Source of the DNA: Brevibacterium luteolum | GTDB taxonomy: Bacteria; Actinomycetota; Actinomycetes; Actinomycetales; Brevibacteriaceae | Direction of reading: 5' to 3' | Assembly: GCF_013004595.1 (NCBI RefSeq) | Contig: NZ_JABEMC010000003.1 | Location: 248,001-312,000, forward strand | DNA: 64,000 bases | In this document: one piece after another, positions 30,953-41,084 of the stretch | Layout: every line of letters begins with the position of its first letter | Position numbering within the stretch: position 1 is the stretch's first letter | Made by a program: the position numbers and the translations under genes | Notes under the pieces: model-generated | The model's database searches: none | Told to the model about the DNA's origin: nothing | Seen by the model: only the letters and a program-made list of their open reading frames with translations

Positions 30953-30997
30953 CACGGAGTGAAGAGGCGCCGATCCGCGATTGCCCTGCTCAGCTGC

Positions 30998-32590
30998 TCA
31001 GCGGCCGAACCACTTGCGCCTGGTGTTCTTCTCACGTTCGCGGCGCTCACGCAGCTGCCGCCGTGTGAGGAATGCCTCTTCCCCTCCGGCCGGCTCATGG
31101 ATCGGAACGGGGCCGGAACCAGGGTCGACGAGCGGCATAGCAGCGGTCTCCACTCCCGCGTCGTCCTGCCGTGACTGCGGCTGTGCTGGTGGCGTCGATC
31201 CGGTGGGTTGGCTGCCGACCGTGGGAGCTGAGCTCGGTTTCGGCGGCTGCGGATGGGCACCGTCATTGCGGGACGGGCGCTGATCGCGACGGTGCCTTTC
31301 TTCAGCTGGATCAGAGCTGTCGGCTGCGACCGTGTCAGCCGGGGCACTCGGTGTCGTCGGGGTGTCCGGGTCCTTCGTCGAGCGCGCATCTCCTGCCGAG
31401 ACTGCTTGAGATGGTGCCTGTGACGGTGTCGTCTCCTCGCCCCGGTCGGCTCCGTCAGTCTGGGCGGCTCGGTCAGCCTGGGCGACTCGGTCAGCCTGGG
31501 CGACTCGGTCAGCCTGGTCGGATTCGGCCTGTGCTTCCGGTGCTGAGGCTGTTTCGGCTGCGAGGCCTGCCGACTTCCTGCTCTCGGCCCCATCGGCCGG
31601 GGCAGGGGAGCTGGTGGCAGAGTCTGTCGCCTGCGCAGCGCTGTCTACTGTCGCTGCCTGGCCCTGCTTGCCGGAATCGCCGTGCAGTTCGGCAGCAGTC
31701 GACGGACGTTCATCTGCTGTGAGAGATGCGTCGGACCGCTGTGCATCTCCGGAGCCGCCAGACGCAGCCGACGACGCCGGGGTGGCCTTGGCATCTGCTT
31801 TGCGGCGGATGCGTTCGGAACGCAGCGCGCGATCGAGGATCTTGTCGAACGCTGCAGCGAGCTCGGCTGCCGGCTTGCCCGGCCAGGAGTGGATCGGACG
31901 CGCGGATCCCTGAGCCTGCTGCAGAACTGTGCGTTCGGGTATCGGCGGGTTGACCACCAATGGGCCGAACATCTCGCGCAGCTCGTCAATGCGATAGGAG
32001 TGCTCGCGGGACTGCAGCCGGGCGCGATTGACGACGATGCCCAGAGGCTGCAGGTCGCTAGCGGTGCGGCGACGCAGTTCGTCGGTGGCGCGGAGCGCGC
32101 GGTCGGCTGCGGCGACGGAGAAGAGCCCGGGCTCGGTGACGATGAGCACGCGGCTGCTTGCGGTCCACGCAGCGCGAGTGAGGCCATTGAGCGAAGGCGG
32201 GCAGTCGATGAGCACGAGGCGATAGCCGGCCCCGGCCTTATGAATGGCCTCCGAGAGTCGACGCAGGTAGCGCAGCGACAAGGTGGGCTGATCGAACTCG
32301 GCAGCGCGGGGCGATCCGGAGATCACATCGATATGACCGCGCTGATCGCCGACCCAACCGCTGGGAACAACGGCGCGTTCGAGAATCCGCTTGCGCGGTG
32401 CAGCGAGGACATCGGCGATGTCGACTTCGGTGCGCACCGGGATGTCGAGGCCTGTCGAGGCATCCGCCTGCGGATCCATATCGATCACCAGGGTCGGGAT
32501 GCCGCGGCTGTAGGCAGCAGAGGCCAAACCGAGGGTCACCGAGGTCTTGCCGACCCCACCTTTGAGACTAGAGACGCTGAGCACAAGCAC
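30998..32590 (-). CDS. ParA/Soj-family ATPase with a long low-complexity C-terminal tail
   Basis: KGGVGKT deviant Walker A, DMDPQ and IDCPP. Start set at GTG 32590, 6 nt after TACCGT. Confidence 0.88.
   Translation of the reverse strand: MLVLSVSSLKGGVGKTSVTLGLASAAYSRGIPTLVIDMDPQADASTGLDIPVRTEVDIADVLAAPRKRILERAVVPSGWVGDQRGHIDVISGSPRAAEFDQPTLSLRYLRRLSEAIHKAGAGYRLVLIDCPPSLNGLTRAAWTASSRVLIVTEPGLFSVAAADRALRATDELRRRTASDLQPLGIVVNRARLQSREHSYRIDELREMFGPLVVNPPIPERTVLQQAQGSARPIHSWPGKPAAELAAAFDKILDRALRSERIRRKADAKATPASSAASGGSGDAQRSDASLTADERPSTAAELHGDSGKQGQAATVDSAAQATDSATSSPAPADGAESRKSAGLAAETASAPEAQAESDQADRVAQADRVAQADRAAQTDGADRGEETTPSQAPSQAVSAGDARSTKDPDTPTTPSAPADTVAADSSDPAEERHRRDQRPSRNDGAHPQPPKPSSAPTVGSQPTGSTPPAQPQSRQDDAGVETAAMPLVDPGSGPVPIHEPAGGEEAFLTRRQLRERREREKNTRRKWFGR
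31450..31521. repeat. 18-bp tandem repeat, four copies (two exact), inside the ParA tail
   Basis: Unit CTCGGTCAGCCTGGGCGA; encodes QADRVA repeats on the minus strand. Confidence 0.9.
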
Positions 32591-32709
32591 ACTCTTACGG
32601 TATCCGATTCGCACATCGCGGTCACGGACCTCGCCCGGCAGGTGGCCAGCAGTTTCAACAGATCACCATCTGTGCTGACCTCAGGAGGTCCGACCTCAGC
32701 GCAGTGCGC

Positions 32710-35700
32710 TCAGCCGCCAGGGGAGGAGCGGTGGGTGATCGTCGATCCGGTGGGGCTCCGCTCGATGCGCAGCTGCTGGGGAATCGACTGCAGCATGGAC
32801 TGCACGTGGGAGATGACTCCGACACATCGTCCACCGGCGCGCAGCTCGTCCAGCACCTCCAGAACCTGGGCCAGTGCGTCAGGATCGAGCGAGCCGAAGC
32901 CTTCGTCGATGAACAGCGAATCCAATCTGATGCCGCCGGCTGCGGCCGCCACGGTGTCGGCCAGCCCGAGCGCCAGGGCCAATGAGGCCATGAATGTCTC
33001 GCCGCCTGAGAGTGAGCGGGGATCGCGCGGTTCGTCGGTGAACGTATCGAGCACTTGCAGGCCGAGGCCGGCGCGCTTCTCCCGTCGGTGCAGGGAGAGG
33101 TCGTGGATGAGCGTGAACCGACCGCCGCTCATCGTCTGCAATCGTTCGGAGGCATTATGTGCGACTTCGACGAACAGCGACAGCAGGGCATATGAGCTCA
33201 GCGGCAGCCGGTGAAGGTTGTCAGCGGAGGTGGCGCGCACGATGCCATCAAGGGCGACGTCTCCACGGCGCTGTGCGACCTCGGCTTCCACCTCGGCGGC
33301 GGTGTGCAGGAAGCGCTCGCGCAGCTGGACGAGATCCGCGGCATCATGTCTGTGCACCGCCAGCAGCTGACCCAGATGCTCGGCGTCGGAGGCGGCGGTC
33401 GTGCGCTGCTCAGCGGTGACGGCGACACTGTCTATCAGCTCCTCGTCTGATGCTGTGTCAGCGCAGGCGGGCGAGTACCAGTCCTGGCTTGTCAGCTCTG
33501 CGATCCGGGCGGCCTCATCAGCAGCGGCGCGCAGAGCGCTGTCGACTCCAGTCTTATCGATCTGGCGGGCTTCCTGATAATCGTTTCTGTCGGTGAAGCC
33601 GGCCTCAGTCAGTGCCGTCTCAAACGCGTCTCGGCGTTCGGCCGACTCGGCGGCTGTGTCTTCTCGCTTCGTCTGTGCCTGGATCAGCGTTTCACCGGCA
33701 TTGCGCAAGCGCTGCAGCTGAGCTGCGCACTCCTCAGCAGCCGCGGAGGTGTCGGGGGTTTCGAACCCGAACGGATGCAGAGCCGCTGCTTGGTCGCCTG
33801 AGACCACGTCATCGAGCTGCTTCAACTGGCCGCCGACTGCCGACAGCTGGGTGGCGCTTGTCTGGGCGTCTTCCCGAGCTGAGGCCTGCTGCTGTTCGAG
33901 CGCGACTCGCTTCTGCTGCAGTTCGTCACGCTCTCTGCGTGCCTGATCGAGCTCGCGAAGTGTCTGTGCGGCGGTGTCGCGTGCCTGAGTGAGTTCGGCA
34001 AGCGAGACAGCTGCGTCCTCACCTGCCAGCTCGTCGAGGCTGCGGGTCAGGGCAGTGATCCGGGCGCGCGACTCTGCCAGCGTGCTGCGTGCGGTATTGG
34101 TGGCGTTCTGCGCCTGAGTCCACGCGTTCAGCGCTGCGTCCTCGTCAGATTTCGTCACCGTGTCGTCGGTGGGCTTTGCCGGTGCGGGATGTTCGGTGGC
34201 ACCGCAAACGGAGCACGCGTGTCCCGATGTCAGCTCGGCAGCGAGTTCTGCTGCGATACCGGCCAGACGGGTCGAACGGATGCGGGCGTAGGTGTCCTTG
34301 GCGGCGGATTCCTCGGCCTGCCTGTCCTTCAGCGCTTCCTGCTGTTTGTCGCGCTGCTGCTCGGCGGCGGTGATCTCGTCGCCGCGCTGCTGGCGGATCG
34401 CAGCGGCTTCCAGTGCGCGCAGCAGCCGGTCGTATTCCCGCTGGACGTCACTGCGAGTCTCAAGCCGGGCGTTGAGCTCATCAAGTGCGGCATCCTGGGC
34501 AGCGGCTTTCTCCTCCAGTTCGGCCACCCGGCCGGCTGCGGCCGTCTGCTTCTGCTGGAGGTCGGTGCGCTCACGCGTGAGGTCAGCGACGCGTGTCAGG
34601 TGCGTGGCGATGCTGGCCGCCGCGCGCTGACCGTCGCCAGCTGCCTGAACGATATGTTCGGCAGAGGTGGTCTCAGGCTGGCGGGGGAGTGCAGAAAGTT
34701 CTGTGCTGAAAGCCGTCAGCGCTGCGGTGTGGTGCTTCTCTGCCGCTTCCTGTTCGCGGACGGCACGGTCAGCTTCACGTCCGTACGGTGCGACGCTCTC
34801 TGCCTTGATCGCCTGGCGTTGCAGCTGGGACAGCCGTGCGCGCTCGTCAGCAGAGGTGGCGTAGGCCTCCTGCCGGCTGCGCAGCTGTGTGAGCTTCTCA
34901 CGGTCAGCCTGACGTGCCGCTGCTGCGTCGGCAGCCGCTTCGGCATCGGCAGAGCGCGTGCGCGCAGACTGCAGCACCTCAGTGAAGACGTCGATCCGTT
35001 CGCGCACGACGCTGACCGCCGCCCCCAGCACGGCATCGACATCGGCGACACTCGGATGGGCCGCGGTCGGGATCGGCAGATCCTCGCCGCAGCTGCCCTG
35101 CGCCTGGCGCATGAGCGTCTGCCGTTCCTGTGACACGGCATCGAGTGCGGCACGCGCCTGCCGGGCCCGTGCCTCGAGGATCGACTCCAGATCCGTGAAG
35201 TGCTCGGTGTTGAACAACCGCCTGAGGATGGGCTCGCGTTCGATCGGATCTGCCCGCAGGAAACGGGCGAACTCGCCTTGGGGGAGCAGCACGATCTGCA
35301 TGAACTGGGCGGCCTTGAGCCCGAGCACCCGGTTGATCTCCGCCTGCACCTCCGACACGGTGCGGCCGATCCCATCCCAGTGCCCCGACTCCGGGTTGAA
35401 CACCGACAGCTCAGCGGTCGCCTTCGCCTCGGTCATACCGGTGCCGCGCTTCTTGGGGCGCATGTAGCGCGGGCTGCGCCGGACTCTCCACCGCCGTGCC
35501 TGCGCAGTGAATTCGACCTCGACGTAGGTCGGGGTGTCAGGATCGGCGTAATGGCTGCGGTAGTCCTCAGCGTCGCTGCGCGCCCCGGGCACGGTGCCGT
35601 AGAGCCCGAAGGCGAGCGCATCGAGGATCGTCGTCTTGCCTGCCCCGGTCGGACCGCTGATGAGGAACAGACCATCAGCACCGAGCTCGTCGAAGTCGAC

Positions 35701-35757
35701 GGCCTGTGCGCCGGGGAACGGACCGAAAGCCTGCATCTGCAGCGAGTTCATCCTCAT
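32710..35757 (-). CDS. sbcC: SbcC/Rad50-like SMC ATPase
   Basis: GPTGAGKT, CSVCG zinc hook, LSGGE and FIDEGFGSLD motifs. Confidence 0.93.
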   Translation of the reverse strand: MRMNSLQMQAFGPFPGAQAVDFDELGADGLFLISGPTGAGKTTILDALAFGLYGTVPGARSDAEDYRSHYADPDTPTYVEVEFTAQARRWRVRRSPRYMRPKKRGTGMTEAKATAELSVFNPESGHWDGIGRTVSEVQAEINRVLGLKAAQFMQIVLLPQGEFARFLRADPIEREPILRRLFNTEHFTDLESILEARARQARAALDAVSQERQTLMRQAQGSCGEDLPIPTAAHPSVADVDAVLGAAVSVVRERIDVFTEVLQSARTRSADAEAAADAAAARQADREKLTQLRSRQEAYATSADERARLSQLQRQAIKAESVAPYGREADRAVREQEAAEKHHTAALTAFSTELSALPRQPETTSAEHIVQAAGDGQRAAASIATHLTRVADLTRERTDLQQKQTAAAGRVAELEEKAAAQDAALDELNARLETRSDVQREYDRLLRALEAAAIRQQRGDEITAAEQQRDKQQEALKDRQAEESAAKDTYARIRSTRLAGIAAELAAELTSGHACSVCGATEHPAPAKPTDDTVTKSDEDAALNAWTQAQNATNTARSTLAESRARITALTRSLDELAGEDAAVSLAELTQARDTAAQTLRELDQARRERDELQQKRVALEQQQASAREDAQTSATQLSAVGGQLKQLDDVVSGDQAAALHPFGFETPDTSAAAEECAAQLQRLRNAGETLIQAQTKREDTAAESAERRDAFETALTEAGFTDRNDYQEARQIDKTGVDSALRAAADEAARIAELTSQDWYSPACADTASDEELIDSVAVTAEQRTTAASDAEHLGQLLAVHRHDAADLVQLRERFLHTAAEVEAEVAQRRGDVALDGIVRATSADNLHRLPLSSYALLSLFVEVAHNASERLQTMSGGRFTLIHDLSLHRREKRAGLGLQVLDTFTDEPRDPRSLSGGETFMASLALALGLADTVAAAAGGIRLDSLFIDEGFGSLDPDALAQVLEVLDELRAGGRCVGVISHVQSMLQSIPQQLRIERSPTGSTITHRSSPGG

Positions 35758-36917
35758 GACGTCGCCTCCCGCAGCTCCAGCAGCGCTGAGTCGAAGCGGG
35801 CGAGATCCTCGACATCAGCCGGCTGTCCGGTGACATGAGAGATGAAGTCGGAGAACACCTCGCGGTCAGTGCGTTCGACGCTGCCCTGCGCTGCTGCTTC
35901 ATGTGCCTGTGCAGGCTGTGCGGCATTGACCCAGGTCATCTTGATGAGCTGCGGGAAGGTCTCCTTCAGCCGGCCGAGTGCCCCGGTCACCCGAGCCGGG
36001 TCGGTCAGTTCGGCGGCCACGAGGGTTTCGGTGAGATCTTCGCCATCGGCACGTGCCGCCCGCCCGGTCTCGAGCACCTCCTCAAGCGTGCCGCGCAGGG
36101 TGCGCACATCGCTGAAAGCAGGTAGGGCGATGCTCTCGACGCTGAGCTCCGGGCCCGAGGTGTCGAGCAGCAGCATCCGCTTGGGTGTCTTGGCCTCGGT
36201 GAAGGAGTACGGCAGTGGGGACCCGGAATACCGGACGATGTCGGTGACGTCCTGGGGCCGGTGCAGATGCCCGAGAGCCGCGTAATCTGCACCGGCGAAG
36301 ACATCAGCGGAGACGACCGAGACGCCACCGACGTCGATCGAGCGCTCCGATTCGCTGGCCAGCGACTGCCCGCCGACGAAAGCGTGAGCTGCGACGATGA
36401 GGAAGGCGTCTGGGTACCGCTGCTGGTGATCGGTGCGGATGAGGTCCATGACGTGTGCCAGCACCGCCTCATGGCTGCGGGCACACCCGAACTTCCCGGC
36501 CACCAGTCCAGGTTCCAGATACGGGATCCCGTACACCACCGCCTCGGGCGAGGACGCACTGCCGCCCAGCAGCACCGGCCAGGTGAGATCGGAGATCCGG
36601 GTGCGGATGTGCAGGCCGGCATGATCGAGGGTGCGGCGCCCGTGGCCGAGCCGCATAAACGAATCGTGGTTGCCGCTGGTGGCGATGACCCGGACTCCGG
36701 AATCGAGGAGCGCAGTGACAGTCTCATCGAAGTTCGTCAGAGCATCAGCCGGAGGGATCGCTCGATCGTAGACGTCCCCGGCGACAAGCACTGCGTCGAT
36801 GCGCTCGGCAGCGACGACGTCGAGCAAATGGTTGAGGAACGCACGCTGCGCGGCGGTCTGGTCGACACCGAAGAAGGTGCGCCCCAGATGCCAGTCAGAG
36901 GTGTGGAGGATCCGCAT
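35754..36917 (-). CDS. sbcD: SbcD/Mre11 nuclease
   Basis: HTSDWHLG, AGDVYD, GNHD and ALGHLH motifs. Confidence 0.95.
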   Translation of the reverse strand: MRILHTSDWHLGRTFFGVDQTAAQRAFLNHLLDVVAAERIDAVLVAGDVYDRAIPPADALTNFDETVTALLDSGVRVIATSGNHDSFMRLGHGRRTLDHAGLHIRTRISDLTWPVLLGGSASSPEAVVYGIPYLEPGLVAGKFGCARSHEAVLAHVMDLIRTDHQQRYPDAFLIVAAHAFVGGQSLASESERSIDVGGVSVVSADVFAGADYAALGHLHRPQDVTDIVRYSGSPLPYSFTEAKTPKRMLLLDTSGPELSVESIALPAFSDVRTLRGTLEEVLETGRAARADGEDLTETLVAAELTDPARVTGALGRLKETFPQLIKMTWVNAAQPAQAHEAAAQGSVERTDREVFSDFISHVTGQPADVEDLARFDSALLELREATS

Positions 36918-36923
36918 GCTGCC

Positions 36924-36945
36924 AGCCTAGCCAAGACCACGGACA
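36924..36945 (-). promoter_or_regulatory. PafBC/RecA-NDp-type leaderless promoter of sbcDC
   Basis: Minus strand TGTCCG-N10-TAGGCT-6 nt-ATG. Confidence 0.65.
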
Positions 36946-37112
36946 CCGCTTCGACGTCAGGCCGGTCACATCCGCGCCCGGCCCTGCCCGTACACTTGGA
37001 GCAGCAAACTGGAACCTGTGCACGGTGGCGGAAACCGCCCTGAGTACAGTTAGGAACCGATAAAGGAATTCCGCCGACCATCCGTCGGCGCCGAGAGGAA
37101 CGGTCATACCTG

Positions 37113-40100
37113 ATGTTCTCCAAAGTTCTCGTTGCCAACCGCGGTGAAATCGCGGTTCGCGCATTCCGTGCCGCCTACGAACTCGGTGCCTCCACGGTTG
37201 CCGTCTTCCCCTATGAGGACCGCAATTCGGAGCATAGGCTCAAGGCTGACGAAGCCTACCTGATCGGCGAGGAGGGCCATCCCGTCCGCGCCTACCTCAG
37301 CGTCGACGAGATGATCCGCGTCGCCAAGGAATCCGGCGCTGACGCGATCTACCCCGGTTACGGATTCCTCTCCGAGAACCCCGATCTCGCCCGTGCCTGC
37401 GAGGAGAACGGCCTGACCTTCATCGGCCCGTCGGCTGATGTGCTCGAGATGGCCGGCAACAAGGTCCAGGCCCTCGATGCCGCCCGCCGTGCCGGGATCC
37501 CGACCCTCGAATCGACCCGCCCATCAGCCGATATCGATCAGCTGCTCGGTGAGGCCGAGGGCATGGAGTACCCGCTGTTCGTCAAGGCCGTCGCCGGCGG
37601 CGGCGGACGCGGCATGCGCCGGGTGGCGAACAAGACTGAGCTCGTCGACGCACTCAAGGCCGCCATGCGCGAAGCCGAAGGCGCCTTCGGTGATCCGACT
37701 GTGTTCATCGAGCAGGCCGTGCAGCGCCCGCGCCACATCGAGGTGCAGGTGCTGGCCGACAACAACTCCGAGGCTGTGCACCTCTTCGAGCGCGACTGCT
37801 CGATCCAGCGCCGCCACCAGAAAGTCGTCGAGATCGCCCCGGCCCCGCACCTTGATGAGGAGATCGCCGAGGCGCTGCGCAACGACGCCCTCGCCTTCGC
37901 CCGCGCGCTGGGCTACCAGAACGCCGGCACCGTCGAGTTCCTCCTCGAAACCGAAGGACCGCGCTCCGGCAAGCACGCCTTCATCGAGATGAACCCGCGC
38001 ATCCAGGTCGAGCACACCGTCACCGAGGAGATCACCGACGTCGACCTCGTGCAGTCCCAGATGCGCATCGCCGCCGGTGAGTCACTGGCCGACCTCGGCC
38101 TGACCCAGGATGCCCTGCGGATCAAGGGTGCAGCCCTGCAGTGCCGCATCACCACCGAGGACCCGGCGAACTCCTTCCGTCCCGACACCGGCACCATCAC
38201 CGCCTACCGTTCCGCCGGCGGCGCCGGTGTGCGCCTCGACGGCGGCACCGTCTACGCCGGCGCCGAAGTCTCGGCTCACTTCGACTCGATGCTCGTCAAG
38301 TGCACCACCCGTGGCCGCGACTTCGAACAGGCCGTCAACCGCGCCCGCCGTGCCATCGCTGAGTTCCGCATCCGCGGTGTGGCCACCAACATCGGCTTTC
38401 TGCGTGCGGTGCTCGATGACCCCGCCTTCATGCGCGGAGACCTGTCAACGACCTTCATCGAAGAGCGGCCCCACCTGCTGGAGGCCAAGGTCGGTGCCGA
38501 CCGCGGCTCGAAGCTGCTGGAATTCCTCGCCGATGTCACCGTCAACAAGCCCAACGGCGACTCGCCGGTCTACCTGAGCCCGAGCGAGAAGCTGCCGGAG
38601 GTCTCCTTCGACGGCGGCCCGCCAGCCGGCTGGAAGCAGACGCTCGACGAGCTCGGCCCCGAAGGATTCGCCCAGCGTCTGCGCCAGGAGAAGACCCTCG
38701 CGGTGACCGACACGTCCTTCCGCGATGCGCACCAGTCCCTGCTGGCCACCCGCGTGCGCACCAAGGACCTCCTCGACGTCGCCCCGTACGTCGCCCGCAT
38801 GACCCCGCAGCTGCTCTCCGTCGAGTGCTGGGGCGGAGCGACTTACGACGTGGCGCTGCGCTTCCTGGCCGAAGATCCGTGGGAGCGCCTGGCGAAGCTG
38901 CGCGAGGCGATGCCGAACATCAACCTGCAGATGCTGCTGCGCGGCCGCAACACCGTCGGCTACACCCCGTACCCGACCGAGGTCACCGATGCCTTCATCG
39001 ACGAGGCCACCCGCACTGGTGTCGACATCTTCCGTATCTTCGACGCCCTCAACGACGTCGAGCAGATGCGCCCGGCCATCGAATCGGTCCGCAGTACCGG
39101 CTCGGCCGTCGCCGAGGTCGCGCTGTGCTACACCTCGGATCTCAACAACCCCGATGAGAAGCTCTACACGCTCGACTACTACCTCGGCCTGGCCGAGCGG
39201 ATCGTCGAGGCCGGCGCCCACGTGCTCGCCATAAAGGACATGGCAGGCCTGCTGCGTCCGGCGGCAGCCACCAAGCTGGTGACCGCGCTGCGGAAGAACT
39301 TCGACCTGCCCGTCCACGTCCACACCCACGACACCGCCGGCGGCCAGCTCGCCACCCTGCTCGCCGCCTCGGCAGCGGGTGCCGACGCCGTCGACGTCGC
39401 CAGCGCCTCGGTCGCCGGCACCACCTCGCAGCCGTCGATCTCTGCGCTCGTGGCCGCACTCGAGCACACCGACCGGGACACCGGCCTGTCGCTCAAGAGC
39501 GTCGAGGACCTCGAACCGTACTGGGAGGCCGTGCGCAACGTCTACAAGCCGTTCGAATCCGGCCTGCCGGGACCGACCGGACGCGTCTACCGCCACGAGA
39601 TCCCCGGCGGCCAGCTGTCGAACCTTCGCCAGCAGGCCAACGCACTCGGCCTGGGGGAGAAGTTCGAGGAGATCGAGGCGATGTACGAAGCTGCCGACGA
39701 CATCCTCGGCCACCTCGTCAAGGTGACCCCGTCATCGAAGGTCGTCGGCGACCTCGCCCTGCACCTTGTGGCAGTCGGCGCTGACCCGAAGGAGTTCGCA
39801 GACAACCCGGCGAACTTCGACATCCCGGACTCGGTCATCGGATTCCTCTCCGGTGACCTCGGCGACCCGCCCGGCGGATGGCCCGAGCCGTTCCGCACCA
39901 AGGCTCTCGACGGCCGCTCCCACAAGCCGGCCACCGAGGACCTCTCCGCGCACGACGCCGAACTGCTCACCGAGCCCGGCCGCACCCGCCAGGAGACCCT
40001 CAACCGGCTGCTGTTCCCCGCCCCGACGAAGGAATTCAACCGGATGCGGGAGACCTACGGCGACCTGTCGGTACTGGAGACCCAGGCCTACCTGTACGGA

Positions 40101-40514
40101 CTCGACGAAGGCGAAGAGCACTCCGTCATCATCGAGAAGGGCAAGGCGCTGCTCATGGGCGTCCAGGCCGTCGGCGCCGCTGACGACCGCGGCATGCGCA
40201 CCGTCATGTGCACGCTCAACGGCCAGCTGCGCCCGATGTCGGTGCGCGACCGCTCCATCGAGGTCGACGTCGCCACCGCTGAGCGCGCCGACACCTCCAA
40301 CCCCGGCCACGTCGCCAGCCCGTTCGCCGGCGTCGTGACCCTGCAGGTCAAGGTCGGCGACGAGGTCAAGGCCGGCCAGACCGTTGCCACCATTGAGGCG
40401 ATGAAGATGGAGGCCTCGATCACCAGCCACATCGACGGCACCGTCTCGCGTGTGGCGATCGGCGAAGTCCAGCAGCTCGAAGGCGGCGACCTCGTCGTGG
40501 TGGTCGATGGCTGA
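37113..40514 (+). CDS. pyc: Pyruvate carboxylase
   Basis: ANRGEIA, RDAHQS, IKDMAG and EAMKM biotin motif. Confidence 0.98.
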   Translation: MFSKVLVANRGEIAVRAFRAAYELGASTVAVFPYEDRNSEHRLKADEAYLIGEEGHPVRAYLSVDEMIRVAKESGADAIYPGYGFLSENPDLARACEENGLTFIGPSADVLEMAGNKVQALDAARRAGIPTLESTRPSADIDQLLGEAEGMEYPLFVKAVAGGGGRGMRRVANKTELVDALKAAMREAEGAFGDPTVFIEQAVQRPRHIEVQVLADNNSEAVHLFERDCSIQRRHQKVVEIAPAPHLDEEIAEALRNDALAFARALGYQNAGTVEFLLETEGPRSGKHAFIEMNPRIQVEHTVTEEITDVDLVQSQMRIAAGESLADLGLTQDALRIKGAALQCRITTEDPANSFRPDTGTITAYRSAGGAGVRLDGGTVYAGAEVSAHFDSMLVKCTTRGRDFEQAVNRARRAIAEFRIRGVATNIGFLRAVLDDPAFMRGDLSTTFIEERPHLLEAKVGADRGSKLLEFLADVTVNKPNGDSPVYLSPSEKLPEVSFDGGPPAGWKQTLDELGPEGFAQRLRQEKTLAVTDTSFRDAHQSLLATRVRTKDLLDVAPYVARMTPQLLSVECWGGATYDVALRFLAEDPWERLAKLREAMPNINLQMLLRGRNTVGYTPYPTEVTDAFIDEATRTGVDIFRIFDALNDVEQMRPAIESVRSTGSAVAEVALCYTSDLNNPDEKLYTLDYYLGLAERIVEAGAHVLAIKDMAGLLRPAAATKLVTALRKNFDLPVHVHTHDTAGGQLATLLAASAAGADAVDVASASVAGTTSQPSISALVAALEHTDRDTGLSLKSVEDLEPYWEAVRNVYKPFESGLPGPTGRVYRHEIPGGQLSNLRQQANALGLGEKFEEIEAMYEAADDILGHLVKVTPSSKVVGDLALHLVAVGADPKEFADNPANFDIPDSVIGFLSGDLGDPPGGWPEPFRTKALDGRSHKPATEDLSAHDAELLTEPGRTRQETLNRLLFPAPTKEFNRMRETYGDLSVLETQAYLYGLDEGEEHSVIIEKGKALLMGVQAVGAADDRGMRTVMCTLNGQLRPMSVRDRSIEVDVATAERADTSNPGHVASPFAGVVTLQVKVGDEVKAGQTVATIEAMKMEASITSHIDGTVSRVAIGEVQQLEGGDLVVVVDG

Positions 40515-41010
40515 GCGGGAGATCCGCTGCTACGGCGACCCGGTGCTGCGCACCCGCTGCACTGAGGTGACGGTCTTCGACGACCGCCTGCGGCGCATGG
40601 TCCAGGACCTCGCGGACACGACCGTGCCCGAGGGCCGGGCCGCCGTGGCAGCACCCCAGATCGGGATGGACAAGCGGATCTTCGCCTACCACCTCGACGG
40701 GCGGATCGGCCATGTCATCAACCCCGTCATCGTCGAAACCGGCGGCGAGCTGCGCGATATCGACGAAGGCTGCCTGTCCGTGCCGGGACTGTGGTTCCCC
40801 ACCCCGCGCTGGGAGTACGCCGCCGTCACCGGGCTCAACGTCGAAGGCGAGGAGATCCGTGTCGAAGGCGAGGAGGTCTTCGCCCAGATGCTGCAGCACG
40901 AAACCCAGCACCTCGACGGCATCGTCTACATCGAGACGCTGCCAGCCGAGCGCCGCAAGCAGGCACTTAAGGCGATCCGCCGGACCGACTGGTTCATGGC
41001 AGGCCGCTGA
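40507..41010 (+). CDS. def: Peptide deformylase
   Basis: AAPQIG, EGCLS and QHETQH motifs; overlaps the pyc stop. Confidence 0.93.
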   Translation: MAEREIRCYGDPVLRTRCTEVTVFDDRLRRMVQDLADTTVPEGRAAVAAPQIGMDKRIFAYHLDGRIGHVINPVIVETGGELRDIDEGCLSVPGLWFPTPRWEYAAVTGLNVEGEEIRVEGEEVFAQMLQHETQHLDGIVYIETLPAERRKQALKAIRRTDWFMAGR

Positions 41011-41084
41011 GACCACCGGCCGAACCGACAGACAGACCGCCGGGCAGCACGCCCGGCGCACACAGAACGACCGAAGGAGTACCA

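Noticed and set aside
31450..31521. Tandem repeat as a possible CRISPR array
   Set aside because: Contiguous 18-bp in-frame units with no spacers and no cas genes.
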